Virus record (IMG/VR): IMGVR_UViG_3300042894_001948
Reading direction: 5' to 3' (one strand)
From: a virus
Taxonomy: Duplodnaviria; Heunggongvirae; Uroviricota; Caudoviricetes
DNA length: 64,000 nt
The translations under genes were made by a program, and so were the position numbers. How positions within the stretch are numbered: position 1 is the first letter of the stretch; each line of letters opens with the position of its first letter. Of the stretch, positions 40,101 to 49,033 are shown in pieces. Under the pieces are notes generated by a model. That model had not been told where the DNA came from. It saw only the letters and a list, made by a program, of their open reading frames with translations, and searched no databases.

Positions 40101-40602
40101 GACTGATATCCATTGCACCATTTATTACTTTAATAAACTGATCATACCAATTAGAATTTGACGAATCATTCCATACTATAATTTGTCCGGATAAGTTACG
40201 ACCATTACTGTCTAAAATACTTTGGGTTGTTTGAAGGGCTGTAAATTTAAGCAATCCATGTGCAGCAACATTTCTGCTTGCATTATAGCTGATTAATCGT
40301 GCTAGTCGTAATACACTATCGCGACGCTCTGCTAATTCTAAAAAGTTTTCACGTGCATTTAAGTCTACTCGAAACGCTACACTTTGTCCTAAGAACGCAA
40401 TTACGTCAATTAACGCTAGGTATTCTGAACTTTCAATGTAATCATTAAAATCCTCTGGATAATTTTGGCGAATATAATCAACCATTGTACGCCGTAAATT
40501 TTCAAAATCATAACTTTGAAAGTCTGCGTTTCTAAAAGATTGGTATACTTTTTTCCAATCTTCAGCTACTAATAATCTGTTCTGTCTGTCGGTTGCACTC
40601 AT
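37168..40602 (-). CDS. gp6: Baseplate wedge subunit, gp6-like
   Basis: YDFENLR..NYPEDFNDYIESSE..DVIAF..ENFLELAERRDSVLRLA; QNRMITGEDY. Confidence 0.8.
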   Translation of the reverse strand: MSATDRQNRLLVAEDWKKVYQSFRNADFQSYDFENLRRTMVDYIRQNYPEDFNDYIESSEYLALIDVIAFLGQSVAFRVDLNARENFLELAERRDSVLRLARLISYNASRNVAAHGLLKFTALQTTQSILDSNGRNLSGQIIVWNDSSNSNWYDQFIKVINGAMDISQQFGNPSDKATVYGIPTEKYTLKSSETGVPVYPFTKTVAGRIMNFEVTSTTFAGQNYIYEEIPKSGKRLSCIYRNDGQGYGSAGSGFFLNFTQGTLANSQFTVTQPRSNEIVDVGTTGINNSDVWLYRLDKNGNELEEWTKVSNFEANNIIYNSINKNIRNIYSVTTRAGDAISLNFSDGTFGNKPLGAFKVYYRSSNGITYSINPRDIKNVTISVPYVSNIGKTETLIITLSLASSVTNAEAAETNAHIKANAPSTFYTQNRMITGEDYNIAPLSVSQQVLKVKAVNRSSSGISRYFDLVDPTGKYSSTNLFADDGVLYTEDYQISNSFSYVTKTDIEGVIYNTVNSILKRSALRNYYYSHYTNLPVLGTSVVTAWVANVLTTGSITSDGVVAQVGQYQANKNELQYIRTGALIKFLTPTNSSAQYYFDTKLQNALVELPTGVDISSIAGAVSFLWASVVAVDTTVAGASATGITLNIKVPTGAIVHQIIPQFRSVLDTSIVSTIIDLIFENKAFALSYNVLNQSWQIVYEADIDYLSSFTLSMQGDISGTQQDASWLLLFTTNNENYVVTSRETRYIFESDAQLRFYYDKNDVLSKTVSNSVVRDKISVLSINTNPETTKPFTTDFSWDVVSEYIGLDGYVDNKKIVISFSDLDNDGVVDNPELFNTIVQTTVNEHAFIVQERYSISQGQDDYRYISNTNNIVEIVIDELDISIPGKYYYFVNTNLVKQANSTGMLVISTDYKVYRGRDKLKFQYKHAASYDSRIDPGASNIIDVYMLTKSYDMLFRQWINGSIITRPLPPSSDELYNVVAPTLNLIKSISDEVIYHPVNYKVLFGSAAALELQATFKITKTPGQVVSDNDVKSQVISAINEFFSLDNWEFGDTFFFTELVTYVVTKVSPYVSNFVIVPKHSDINFGGLYEIKSESNEILVSGATVNDIEIISGITATNIKSSNLSIDNNTLTRQFITSSTYGSN

Positions 40603-40621
40603 GATATTGTCCTAATAATAG

Positions 40622-40628
40622 TATTTAT
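40622..40628 (-). promoter_or_regulatory. T4-like late promoter motif ATAAATA
   Basis: 19 nt upstream of the gp6-like start. Confidence 0.6.
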
Positions 40629-40649
40629 TGATTATATTAACCATGCAGT

Positions 40650-41087
40650 TTATCTTGTACTTAAACCGTTATCTTCATCAAATCGTAACTGTATTGTTTC
40701 TGTAAGATTGTAAATTGAATACGATAACGTAAACACAAGTTGAATTCCAGTTTCGTATGTTGATATGTTTGTATCACTAATCTGCACACGAGGATCATAA
40801 TTAATAATCCTGTTTACATCTTCTACAATTATAGCTTTAGTTTCTGCTGTCATTGGTTCAAATAACATATCCCATATTATTGTACCAAACGTTGGTTGCA
40901 TTAATCGTTCACCTTGTCTAATGTGAAAATGATTTAAAATATCTTGTTTAATTAATTCAAAATCATATAAACTATAATGGTCTGCCTTGCTGCTTAATGT
41001 TGAAAACCCTTTATAAGTTTTTGGTAAAATAACTTCGGGCTCTTTTGTAATTGCAGGTAATTGTATTCTATCGTATATTTGGGTCAT
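40650..41087 (-). CDS. gp25: Baseplate wedge subunit gp25/GpW family
   Basis: DFELIKQDILNHFHIRQGERLMQPTFG..LFEP..YDPRV. Confidence 0.85.
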   Translation of the reverse strand: MTQIYDRIQLPAITKEPEVILPKTYKGFSTLSSKADHYSLYDFELIKQDILNHFHIRQGERLMQPTFGTIIWDMLFEPMTAETKAIIVEDVNRIINYDPRVQISDTNISTYETGIQLVFTLSYSIYNLTETIQLRFDEDNGLSTR

Positions 41088-42610
41088 TAAGTTGTTCCTT
41101 GATCCTCTGGTGCTTTTACTTTGGCAAAAGTATCAGTTGCAGTTGTATAAATTTTCCATAACTTAGCAGGTTCTTTTAATGCTGAACTAACTCCGTCATA
41201 TCGCCCGTCTGCATCTCTATTAGTTTTAGCTGATGTATAATCAAGAGGGCTTAAATTTTCATGTTGCGGATATGGTTCAAATGTTGGCACTCGCTTCATT
41301 ATCGAATCTATAGGCTTCGCTATGTCAGGTAATGTATGAGTTTTTAATGGTTTAGCAGGAGTAACGCTTGCTGATCCAGAATTTAAATTAATGTTTCCGC
41401 CATCGATATTAGTATTACCTGAACGTATATCAACGTTTCCAGTAACCGCAATTCCTAACTTTCCGCCAATTGTTAAATTTCCATCTTTTGTTGCTCTAAC
41501 AGTAAAATTTTTAACTGTTTCTAATTGCATATCTTCCATAGCTTTAATGTTAACGTTTCTACCTGCTTGAAAATTTATATCTCTGTCCGCATGGAAATTA
41601 AAATCAGCGCCGGTATGAAAACTAATACTATCTTTAGCATACACATCAATCTTACCATTAGCAGTCATTTCGATCCACGAGTTACCGCTACCGTGAGAAA
41701 TATAAATTAAATCTTCACTGTTATGTAATAAAATTTGATGACCTGTTCTAGTTCTAATACGAACTAGTTCATTGTGTGGTATTGAATGATCTGAATCTCC
41801 CGGTGTCCCGCCAGCCTCAACTCCGACATACGTCGGGCCTGCTTTATTTGCAGGTTTTTCTCTAACAAATTTATCATCACCGTCATCCATTACAAACGTT
41901 GATCCGCCTAATCTGCTCACATACGCATTTTTTATAGGATGATCTTTTTTACCAATTGTACCTTGTTTTGCACCTGATGATTTGTCAAGCGGTCCAGGAG
42001 TTGAAATTCCAAACACCATACTAGGAGTTTCTCTTCGTGCGCTACTAGTAGTTATACCTCGAATGTCATCTTTATCTAATCCTTCCGTTATTAACACTTT
42101 TGCAAACGGATGCACTGGCTTTTTAATTTTTGTAGTATCAGCTGATGTATTACCTTTATTTACAGCTTTGTTATACTCTGCTACCGGTAATCGACTTTCG
42201 CCGTCAACTACAGATTCAGTAGCTGCTATTCCAGGAACCATAAAGTTTATACCGTCATCTTGAACACAGCCCATCCAATACCCACGTTTTGAATCTCCGT
42301 CAATAAACACAACAATTACAGTAGTTCCTGGATCAGGCGGGACCATCCACATTCCATAGCTTTTTTGTGTATTGTTATAATTATTTGGTTTTGTACTTGT
42401 ATGATCAACACTAGTAACTCCGTAAAACGGACTCATATATTTTACTTGATGGGTTTGACCCGATGACCCGTCATTACCTACATTTCTTAAAATTTCAACT
42501 TCTAATCCTCCCATATAGGAAGAATCTAAGTGACTAATTACCTTAGCTAAAAACGGACCAGGTTTTGATTCGCCAGTCGATGCTGGTATATTATCGTGTG
42601 TATCGTTCAT
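41087..42610 (-). CDS. gp5: Baseplate central spike, gp5/GpV-like (OB fold plus beta-helix), no recognisable lysozyme domain
   Basis: SYGMWMVPPDPGT.V.V.FIDGD..RGYWMG; RIRTRTGHQILLH; C-terminal VxG-type repeats. Confidence 0.75.
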   Translation of the reverse strand: MNDTHDNIPASTGESKPGPFLAKVISHLDSSYMGGLEVEILRNVGNDGSSGQTHQVKYMSPFYGVTSVDHTSTKPNNYNNTQKSYGMWMVPPDPGTTVIVVFIDGDSKRGYWMGCVQDDGINFMVPGIAATESVVDGESRLPVAEYNKAVNKGNTSADTTKIKKPVHPFAKVLITEGLDKDDIRGITTSSARRETPSMVFGISTPGPLDKSSGAKQGTIGKKDHPIKNAYVSRLGGSTFVMDDGDDKFVREKPANKAGPTYVGVEAGGTPGDSDHSIPHNELVRIRTRTGHQILLHNSEDLIYISHGSGNSWIEMTANGKIDVYAKDSISFHTGADFNFHADRDINFQAGRNVNIKAMEDMQLETVKNFTVRATKDGNLTIGGKLGIAVTGNVDIRSGNTNIDGGNINLNSGSASVTPAKPLKTHTLPDIAKPIDSIMKRVPTFEPYPQHENLSPLDYTSAKTNRDADGRYDGVSSALKEPAKLWKIYTTATDTFAKVKAPEDQGTT

Positions 42611-42619
42611 ATCTATCCG

Positions 42620-44911
42620 TTAATCTAAAAATGTTGCTGCAGCATCTGATATTCCTGTTGCAATATCTTCACCGAGATCTAATAATCCTGTTTCAAGTGC
42701 ATCAAATGCTTTTTTTGCTAGTTTAAACGGAGATGCCGTTATACTTCCAAGACCAAATGTAGTTTCTGATTCTTTTTCTTTTTCTTGTAACGGCAATCGT
42801 TGTCCAGTTAATCGTTGCTCAAACACTCCGCCTTTAAATGTACTAGTAACTCGATTTATTCTATACAATCCACTATATTGCATTATAGGTGCACTAACTT
42901 TTTCCCCTGGCGGTTTATCTCCTTGAAACTGATACATGCCGGTACCAAGATAATCAAAGTCTATTGGGGTTTTAAAATTAACTACAATATGTACTTCACC
43001 GTTTTGCCAATTAACTGACCCATCGTCGTTTATATTTGCGTATTCTGTCGGTTTAGCTGTATAACTTCCCATACCACTTTGTGCAATAAAAAACGGATCA
43101 CCTACTATTTTCATATCTAACATAAGCATGTCGGTACCGCGTGTTACTGAATCATGAAACATTCTAGCTGCTCGTGTTACACTAGTATCAGTACCTCCGC
43201 CACCTAATTTGTCAGTATTAGTTTTTGTGCCATTGTAATTTACCATAGTAGGCATAGTACCTTGTTCAGGTGCTTCTCCATCGACTTTAATTAAATCAGT
43301 CTCATGATCTTGTGCACCTTGTGCTTCTGCTTCTTTAATATCTTGAGAATGTTTTCCTGCATCAGCTGCCATTGATACTGCAAAACTGTTCTCAAGTTTA
43401 ATTTCAAAATTTAATACATCAACATTTTTTCCAGTAAATATGTAATAATAAGATTTACATGCATTTTTATATAACACATCATATCCTTTTGGTTTAGCAT
43501 TTGGACCAGGTAATCCTGAACTGTTATGAACATTATACGGAATTACACGATACACTAAAATTTTAGGTTGTGTGCCGGTTGATTTATAATTTGCATCTGA
43601 CGATATTGTATATACTTGTGTATCAATTCTCCACCATTTTACATATCCTTCTTCAGTCATTGCAGCCGGATCTAAACTTGATTGAGGGAAATTACTTTGC
43701 AGAATTACTTGGTTAATTGCATTTGGAATTGATGTATCTTGTCTAAATCTAAAATCATTTTCAGTTGCATTCGGAGTATTATTTTGACGAACATTAACTT
43801 TTAAATCTGAATTATATACTACTTCGTCTTTTCCAAACGGTGCATCTGCTGTTTTTTCAGATCCAACACCAACTATTGCTTGACCTATTATGTTACAGTT
43901 TGCAGGATCCTGTACTTGTGTGTTTGTTTTTTCACTTTTTGTTACTTTTAATCGTTTATAAATATCATCTTGTGATGCTGAAGACGTTATAGTAGCAGAC
44001 GAATTATCTTCCGTTTCGCCTTCGGATTTAGTATTACTATATACTTCGTCTGGAAACAAGATTAATATCTCGTCTGGAATTTCAATTACTTTATCTTCTT
44101 TAAGTTGTTGTAATCGTTTGTTCCATACTGTTTGTAAACTATTTTCACCAGTCTGCAATACTTCTTGAACTGTTGACCCTTTAATTGACATATCGTTTTT
44201 TAAAACAGCATTTTTAGTAGTTAACGCAGAATTATTCCATGCAAAAACACTGCATTGGTATGATGACCCAGTATGGTTAACTGTCATACTTAACTCTTGC
44301 CACTTAACAAGAATATGCCTTGTTGCAGTAGGGACTAACCGCATAACTCCGTTATCATCATTACCACGGAATTCAATTGTAATTAAAAATGGTGCTTCTC
44401 TCCAATTATTATGTCCTGCTTTCCATGCTGCATCTTGGCATGAAATTGAAAATAATCCCATGCTATACGGCTCAGTTATAGTAAATGTAATATTAGTTGT
44501 ATTTGTATTGTTACTTCTTTCAAGTCCAATAACACTTTCAATCGATAGGTCATCTATAAAGAAATCAAATTTACCATAGTCTGTTTTAATCCTATTTTCA
44601 GGGTCAGTATTGCCAGCTTTAAAAATATATCGTAACCCCGAAGACTCTGTGTCGCCAGTTTGTTTGTCCATTAATACCGACTTGTTTGACATATATGTTT
44701 CATCTGGGCTTGCTAAATCGTCATTTGTTATTACTGCAAATCCTATAATGTAATTGTAGCTTGCGTAATCGTGTAACACGTTTGGTAACGGTAACGGAAT
44801 AGGCCCGATCGTAGTATGTTTGCCTGTAATGCTTTTTGCAAAGTCTGAAATGCTTGTTACAATACTTGATGATGTTATGTTATTAAACGCGGTTGTTGCT
44901 GAATCTGTCAT
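42620..44911 (-). CDS. Baseplate hub protein (gp27/GpD-like)
   Basis: 763 aa; IVGDPFFI and GLYRI..V.S.F.GG.FEQ.L C-terminal pattern; lies between gp53-like and gp5-like genes. Confidence 0.55.
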   Translation of the reverse strand: MTDSATTAFNNITSSSIVTSISDFAKSITGKHTTIGPIPLPLPNVLHDYASYNYIIGFAVITNDDLASPDETYMSNKSVLMDKQTGDTESSGLRYIFKAGNTDPENRIKTDYGKFDFFIDDLSIESVIGLERSNNTNTTNITFTITEPYSMGLFSISCQDAAWKAGHNNWREAPFLITIEFRGNDDNGVMRLVPTATRHILVKWQELSMTVNHTGSSYQCSVFAWNNSALTTKNAVLKNDMSIKGSTVQEVLQTGENSLQTVWNKRLQQLKEDKVIEIPDEILILFPDEVYSNTKSEGETEDNSSATITSSASQDDIYKRLKVTKSEKTNTQVQDPANCNIIGQAIVGVGSEKTADAPFGKDEVVYNSDLKVNVRQNNTPNATENDFRFRQDTSIPNAINQVILQSNFPQSSLDPAAMTEEGYVKWWRIDTQVYTISSDANYKSTGTQPKILVYRVIPYNVHNSSGLPGPNAKPKGYDVLYKNACKSYYYIFTGKNVDVLNFEIKLENSFAVSMAADAGKHSQDIKEAEAQGAQDHETDLIKVDGEAPEQGTMPTMVNYNGTKTNTDKLGGGGTDTSVTRAARMFHDSVTRGTDMLMLDMKIVGDPFFIAQSGMGSYTAKPTEYANINDDGSVNWQNGEVHIVVNFKTPIDFDYLGTGMYQFQGDKPPGEKVSAPIMQYSGLYRINRVTSTFKGGVFEQRLTGQRLPLQEKEKESETTFGLGSITASPFKLAKKAFDALETGLLDLGEDIATGISDAAATFLD

Positions 44912-44914
44912 ATA

Positions 44915-45217
44915 TTATATCCCTAGTGCTACTTTTAATTTACTCAATTGCGGAATATGTATCTGCGTTCCTGGCACAAAATCAAAAATCGGATCTTGAA
45001 TAACGTCTAAGTTTCGCTGTGTAAAAACCCACCATAGACCTGCATCTCCGTACAAATCAAATGCTAATAAATCAGGACGATGCTTATATTGTATTTCAAT
45101 AGTATACAAAAAATCAATCACTTCTTCTGATACGGTGCGAATCTTTAAAATATCTAAGTAGTCCTGAGTTACTGGTGTTTTAAACCACGGACTAGTATTT
45201 CTGTATTTTGCTATCAT
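44915..45217 (-). CDS. gp53: gp53-like / LysM-type baseplate wedge protein
   Basis: YKHRPDLLAFDLYG..LWWVF; start moved to ATG 45217. Confidence 0.7.
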   Translation of the reverse strand: MIAKYRNTSPWFKTPVTQDYLDILKIRTVSEEVIDFLYTIEIQYKHRPDLLAFDLYGDAGLWWVFTQRNLDVIQDPIFDFVPGTQIHIPQLSKLKVALGI

Positions 45218-45218
45218 A

Positions 45219-46145
45219 TTAAATATACCCAACCCCGTTGTGAAGATACGATCCAGATACAAAGTTATCTAGACTAAACTTACGAGCAGCTGTTCGACTA
45301 TACATTGGCACTAACGTTACCGTAAATGAACTTTTAGTTGGAACATGTGCAATTCCGCCATCCATTGCTGGGCTCATGCCTAACGAATTAACTACTGTAG
45401 CTGCTAAACTGATACCATCTGTTATATCAGTAATTTTACTTGCGTCTGCACCAAATGCTCCGCCTATTGCACTTGCAACCTGCCCAACACCGCTTGCAAC
45501 TGAATTAACCATTCCGGCAACACTTGTTTCTGTTCTAACAGGTATGTAATCACACGATGCATCTAACGAAGTTTGAAATCCAGTAATTACTACTGGAACA
45601 TTATTAAAAATGTAACTACCGTATGCATTTAACCTTACAATTGGTGGCGGATTACCTGCTTTAGGATCATTACCTGAAAACATTTTTGTTATTGATCGAA
45701 AATAATGCAATGCTGCAATCCAATATAACCCTTGATCAGAATCTTCAACATTCATTGGCGCACTAATTGTAATTGTTCCAGGATCACTATGTTGATACGC
45801 ATTAAATCTATAATTTGCATGAATTGGTGATAACGGTGTATATGATGCATTTGAATGGATCGATATCGTAGGTGTATATGGGAAAATCATAGCATCTGCT
45901 TTTTTTAATGGTTTTAAAACCGGACTTCCTCTAAAACTTGGCCAAGTTGGTAATGACAATCGAACTCGCCAATCGTTACTATCATTCAGCAAGTCTTCAA
46001 CCATTGCTTTTGTAACTAGTCCGTCACCGATCACTTCTCCTGCTCTTGGGATTGACATAGATCGTGAGTTACTTGCAAAGTTTAATGCTCCGCCTAATGC
46101 TGATGCGCCTGCTGATGCTGCGCCTGCTAAATCTGAAAATGCCAT
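45219..46145 (-). CDS. Tail-tube initiator / baseplate cap, gp48/gp54-like
   Basis: FPYTPTI, PPPIVRLNAYG..FNNVPVVI..F; first gene of the baseplate operon. Confidence 0.55.
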   Translation of the reverse strand: MAFSDLAGAASAGASALGGALNFASNSRSMSIPRAGEVIGDGLVTKAMVEDLLNDSNDWRVRLSLPTWPSFRGSPVLKPLKKADAMIFPYTPTISIHSNASYTPLSPIHANYRFNAYQHSDPGTITISAPMNVEDSDQGLYWIAALHYFRSITKMFSGNDPKAGNPPPIVRLNAYGSYIFNNVPVVITGFQTSLDASCDYIPVRTETSVAGMVNSVASGVGQVASAIGGAFGADASKITDITDGISLAATVVNSLGMSPAMDGGIAHVPTKSSFTVTLVPMYSRTAARKFSLDNFVSGSYLHNGVGYI

Positions 46146-46168
46146 TATTATTACTCCTTTTATTGCAT

Positions 46169-46175
46169 TATTTAT
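46169..46175 (-). promoter_or_regulatory. Late promoter motif for the baseplate/tail operon
   Basis: ATAAATA 23 nt upstream of the 46145 start. Confidence 0.6.
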
Positions 46176-46204
46176 TTGACTTTGTTAACTATAGAGTTTA
46201 TAAT
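46176..46204 (+). promoter_or_regulatory. Sigma70-type promoter for the gp55-like gene
   Basis: TTGACT-17 nt-TATAAT. Confidence 0.8.
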
Positions 46205-46230
46205 ATATATTGTACATGGAGATACAAACA

Positions 46231-47055
46231 ATGCTTACACCAAAAGTAAATTACTTAAACAACAAGGATATGCTGTTAGAAATTCATAGATCAAAAAGTT
46301 CACACTGTGTCTTTACTGATCCATCTTATCATCAATATGACATCATTTTGCCCGGTATAGACAAAATTAATATACGCACAATAGCCGAAGCAAAACGTAA
46401 TCAAGCAAAAAGAATAGGCGATTTTAATTACATAACTAGAAAAAGTGAAGGCGAAAAGATTAAACAAGTTGACTGTGAAATTGATTATAAAAAGATTTTA
46501 AAAGAAAACGTAGTATTTAGAATCATGACATACGACCATATTCCTTTAAATAATGTAAGAAAGAAAAATCCAAAAACAGAAGCAGACAGAAGAGAAAAAG
46601 TTAACTTTCCACCGTTTCAACATTATAAATTTATAAACGACGAACTAGTATGCGTAGGTAAAAGTCATTGGAAAGGTGACTTAGAAACTGGACATTTTGA
46701 TAAAAATGCAGGACAGATTACTAATACATTAGCTCGCATGATGATTAAATTATGCGAACGTTATGCTACTAGAGGTAACGTTAGAGGTTATACATACAAC
46801 GATGAAATGCGCGGACAAGCAATATTACAACTAACACAAATTGGATTACAGTTTGATGAATCTAAATCAGATAACCCATTTGCTTATTTTACAGCAGCAG
46901 TTACCAATTCGTTCGTAAGAGTTATAAATATAGAGAAGCGCAATCAGAATATTAGAGATGATATTTTAGAAATGAACGGAATGAATCCATCTTATACTAG
47001 AACAGGATCTGAAGAATATGAAACCGCAATGCGAAGATCAGAGGATTACGAGTGA
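46231..47055 (+). CDS. gp55: Late-transcription sigma factor, gp55-like
   Basis: NYLNNKDML; YTYNDEM; QFDESKSDNPFAYFTAA..NSF.R.I..EK; GGAGA RBS for ATG 46231. Confidence 0.85.
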   Translation: MLTPKVNYLNNKDMLLEIHRSKSSHCVFTDPSYHQYDIILPGIDKINIRTIAEAKRNQAKRIGDFNYITRKSEGEKIKQVDCEIDYKKILKENVVFRIMTYDHIPLNNVRKKNPKTEADRREKVNFPPFQHYKFINDELVCVGKSHWKGDLETGHFDKNAGQITNTLARMMIKLCERYATRGNVRGYTYNDEMRGQAILQLTQIGLQFDESKSDNPFAYFTAAVTNSFVRVINIEKRNQNIRDDILEMNGMNPSYTRTGSEEYETAMRRSEDYE

Positions 47056-48800
47056 TTGAATATCAAAAAATTTTAACTACATTAACAGAATTAGACAGGC
47101 GAGGTCGCCTGTCTTACACTGCATTATTAAAAACACCGTATGCTGAACAAATATCACAAATTGCTATATTGTTATCAAGTACAAATGCTAGACAAATAAT
47201 TTATCATATTAAACAACAATCACTTGTGATCCCATGCTGTAAATGTAGTAACCAATTAAAATGGCATCCGGATTTACAACAATATCGATTATACTGTAGT
47301 GCAAGATGCACTGCAACTTATTCTACTGTTATTAAAAAGAAAAAGAATTTAGAACTTCTAGGAGTCGAATGGCACACTCAAACTGACAATTGGAAAACTA
47401 AAGTAAAGTCTACTAGTTTAGAGAAATACGGTGTTGAACATTATTCACAAACTGCCGAATACAAACAACGTGTTATTACTTCTAATTTAGAAAAATATAA
47501 TGTATCACATGTTATGCACTTATTAGAGACTAAGCAAAAAATTAAAAATACTAATTTAATTAAATACGGCTTTGATAATCCTGCAAAAAATTATAATGTT
47601 CAGTCTAAAATTAAAGAAACTAATCTTACTAGATACGGTTGCACTAATCCATTACTAAATTTAGACATTCAACAACAAATTAAAGATACTAATATTATTA
47701 AATATGGTTATATTAATCCTCTAAGTAATGCCAGTATACGAGAAAAAAGCGTTGCTACTAAACGAGAACACTATTTTTCTGCAGATACATTAGAAAAACT
47801 TACAAACGCATCTTGGCTAGAAAATGAACAGCATTCAGGTAAAACTGTACACGAGATTGCTAATGATATAGGTATTAGTTCTAGTCAACTATGCAAAATT
47901 TTTCATTCATTAAATATTAATATCGTCCGGCATTCTGCAAGTGAATTAGAACGAAGATTATACTTGCATTATGATCAAAAAGGTGTTAAAATAATTAAGA
48001 ATAATAGAACTATAATTTCACCTAAAGAATTAGATTTATATTTTCCAGACTATAATTTAGCAATAGAAATTAACGGATGTTATTTTCATTCAGAACAGTA
48101 TAACAAAACACAGCTGTATCATTTACAAAAAACTAATGCATGTATATCACAAAACATTGCATTATTACAATTTTGGGATACAGAAATTAATGAAAAATGG
48201 GAACAAACTATTAATTTAATTGATAGTAGATTAGGGCTACATTCTAAATTATACGCAAGGCACACTAACCTGCAGGTAGTTAATTCAGCTGAGAAGGCAC
48301 AGTTTATATCAACTCATCACCTGCAGGGAGATGTTAACAGTTTAATTAACCTAGGTCTGTACGATACTACTAATAGATTAATTATGGTTGCAACGTTTGG
48401 TAAGCCAAGATTTACTAAGGCTTCTACATTTGAACTATTACGGTTATGTTCGTTATCAGGTTTACAAGTAGTAGGCGGGGCAAGTAAACTTATTAACCAT
48501 TTTGTTAAATGTTATATGGAACCCAATGATGTATTACTGTCGTATTGCAATCGTCGTTATAGCACTGGTAATGTTTATTACAAATTAGGTTTTACGTTAG
48601 AATCCACATCACCACCGGGATTTTTTTATATTGATAAAGCCGGAAAGTATGCAGGTTCACGGTATCAATGGCAAAAACACTTAATGAAACACAAACTATT
48701 AACATTTGATAACACATTAACTGCATCACAAAATATGGAAAACAACGGGTTTTTTAAAGTTTGGGACTGCGGACAACTAGTATTTAAATTAAAAAAATAA
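47052..48800 (+). CDS. Hef-like multidomain protein: Zn-finger, six T(N/S)LxKYG repeats, HTH, PD-(D/E)xK nuclease, C-terminal GNAT/Mom-like domain
   Basis: CCKC..YCSARC; about 23 aa KYG repeats; ELDLYFPDYNLAIEINGCYFHS; HHLQG..FG.PRF..ELLRLC..SYCNRRYSTGNVYYKLGF. Confidence 0.7.
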   Translation: MIEYQKILTTLTELDRRGRLSYTALLKTPYAEQISQIAILLSSTNARQIIYHIKQQSLVIPCCKCSNQLKWHPDLQQYRLYCSARCTATYSTVIKKKKNLELLGVEWHTQTDNWKTKVKSTSLEKYGVEHYSQTAEYKQRVITSNLEKYNVSHVMHLLETKQKIKNTNLIKYGFDNPAKNYNVQSKIKETNLTRYGCTNPLLNLDIQQQIKDTNIIKYGYINPLSNASIREKSVATKREHYFSADTLEKLTNASWLENEQHSGKTVHEIANDIGISSSQLCKIFHSLNINIVRHSASELERRLYLHYDQKGVKIIKNNRTIISPKELDLYFPDYNLAIEINGCYFHSEQYNKTQLYHLQKTNACISQNIALLQFWDTEINEKWEQTINLIDSRLGLHSKLYARHTNLQVVNSAEKAQFISTHHLQGDVNSLINLGLYDTTNRLIMVATFGKPRFTKASTFELLRLCSLSGLQVVGGASKLINHFVKCYMEPNDVLLSYCNRRYSTGNVYYKLGFTLESTSPPGFFYIDKAGKYAGSRYQWQKHLMKHKLLTFDNTLTASQNMENNGFFKVWDCGQLVFKLKK

Positions 48801-49033
48801 TGACTATGAATAATACACTGGATATAGCACATCCTGCACTTGATGATGCTTATCAAATTCTTAAAGAAGAACACTTGGATGCTAAAGCTAGTTATATTGA
48901 AAAACTGTTTGAAGAAACTTATAAATGCAAAGTAAATTTTAACAGTAGCTTTGGCGGTTCAGTTACATTTAACACAAACAAAGATTTAGTTTGGTTTTTA
49001 TTAAAATACGACTCAACAGGAAATAATGGATAA
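48800..49033 (+). CDS. Hypothetical protein
   Basis: 77 aa, overlaps both neighbours. Confidence 0.7.
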   Translation: MTMNNTLDIAHPALDDAYQILKEEHLDAKASYIEKLFEETYKCKVNFNSSFGGSVTFNTNKDLVWFLLKYDSTGNNG

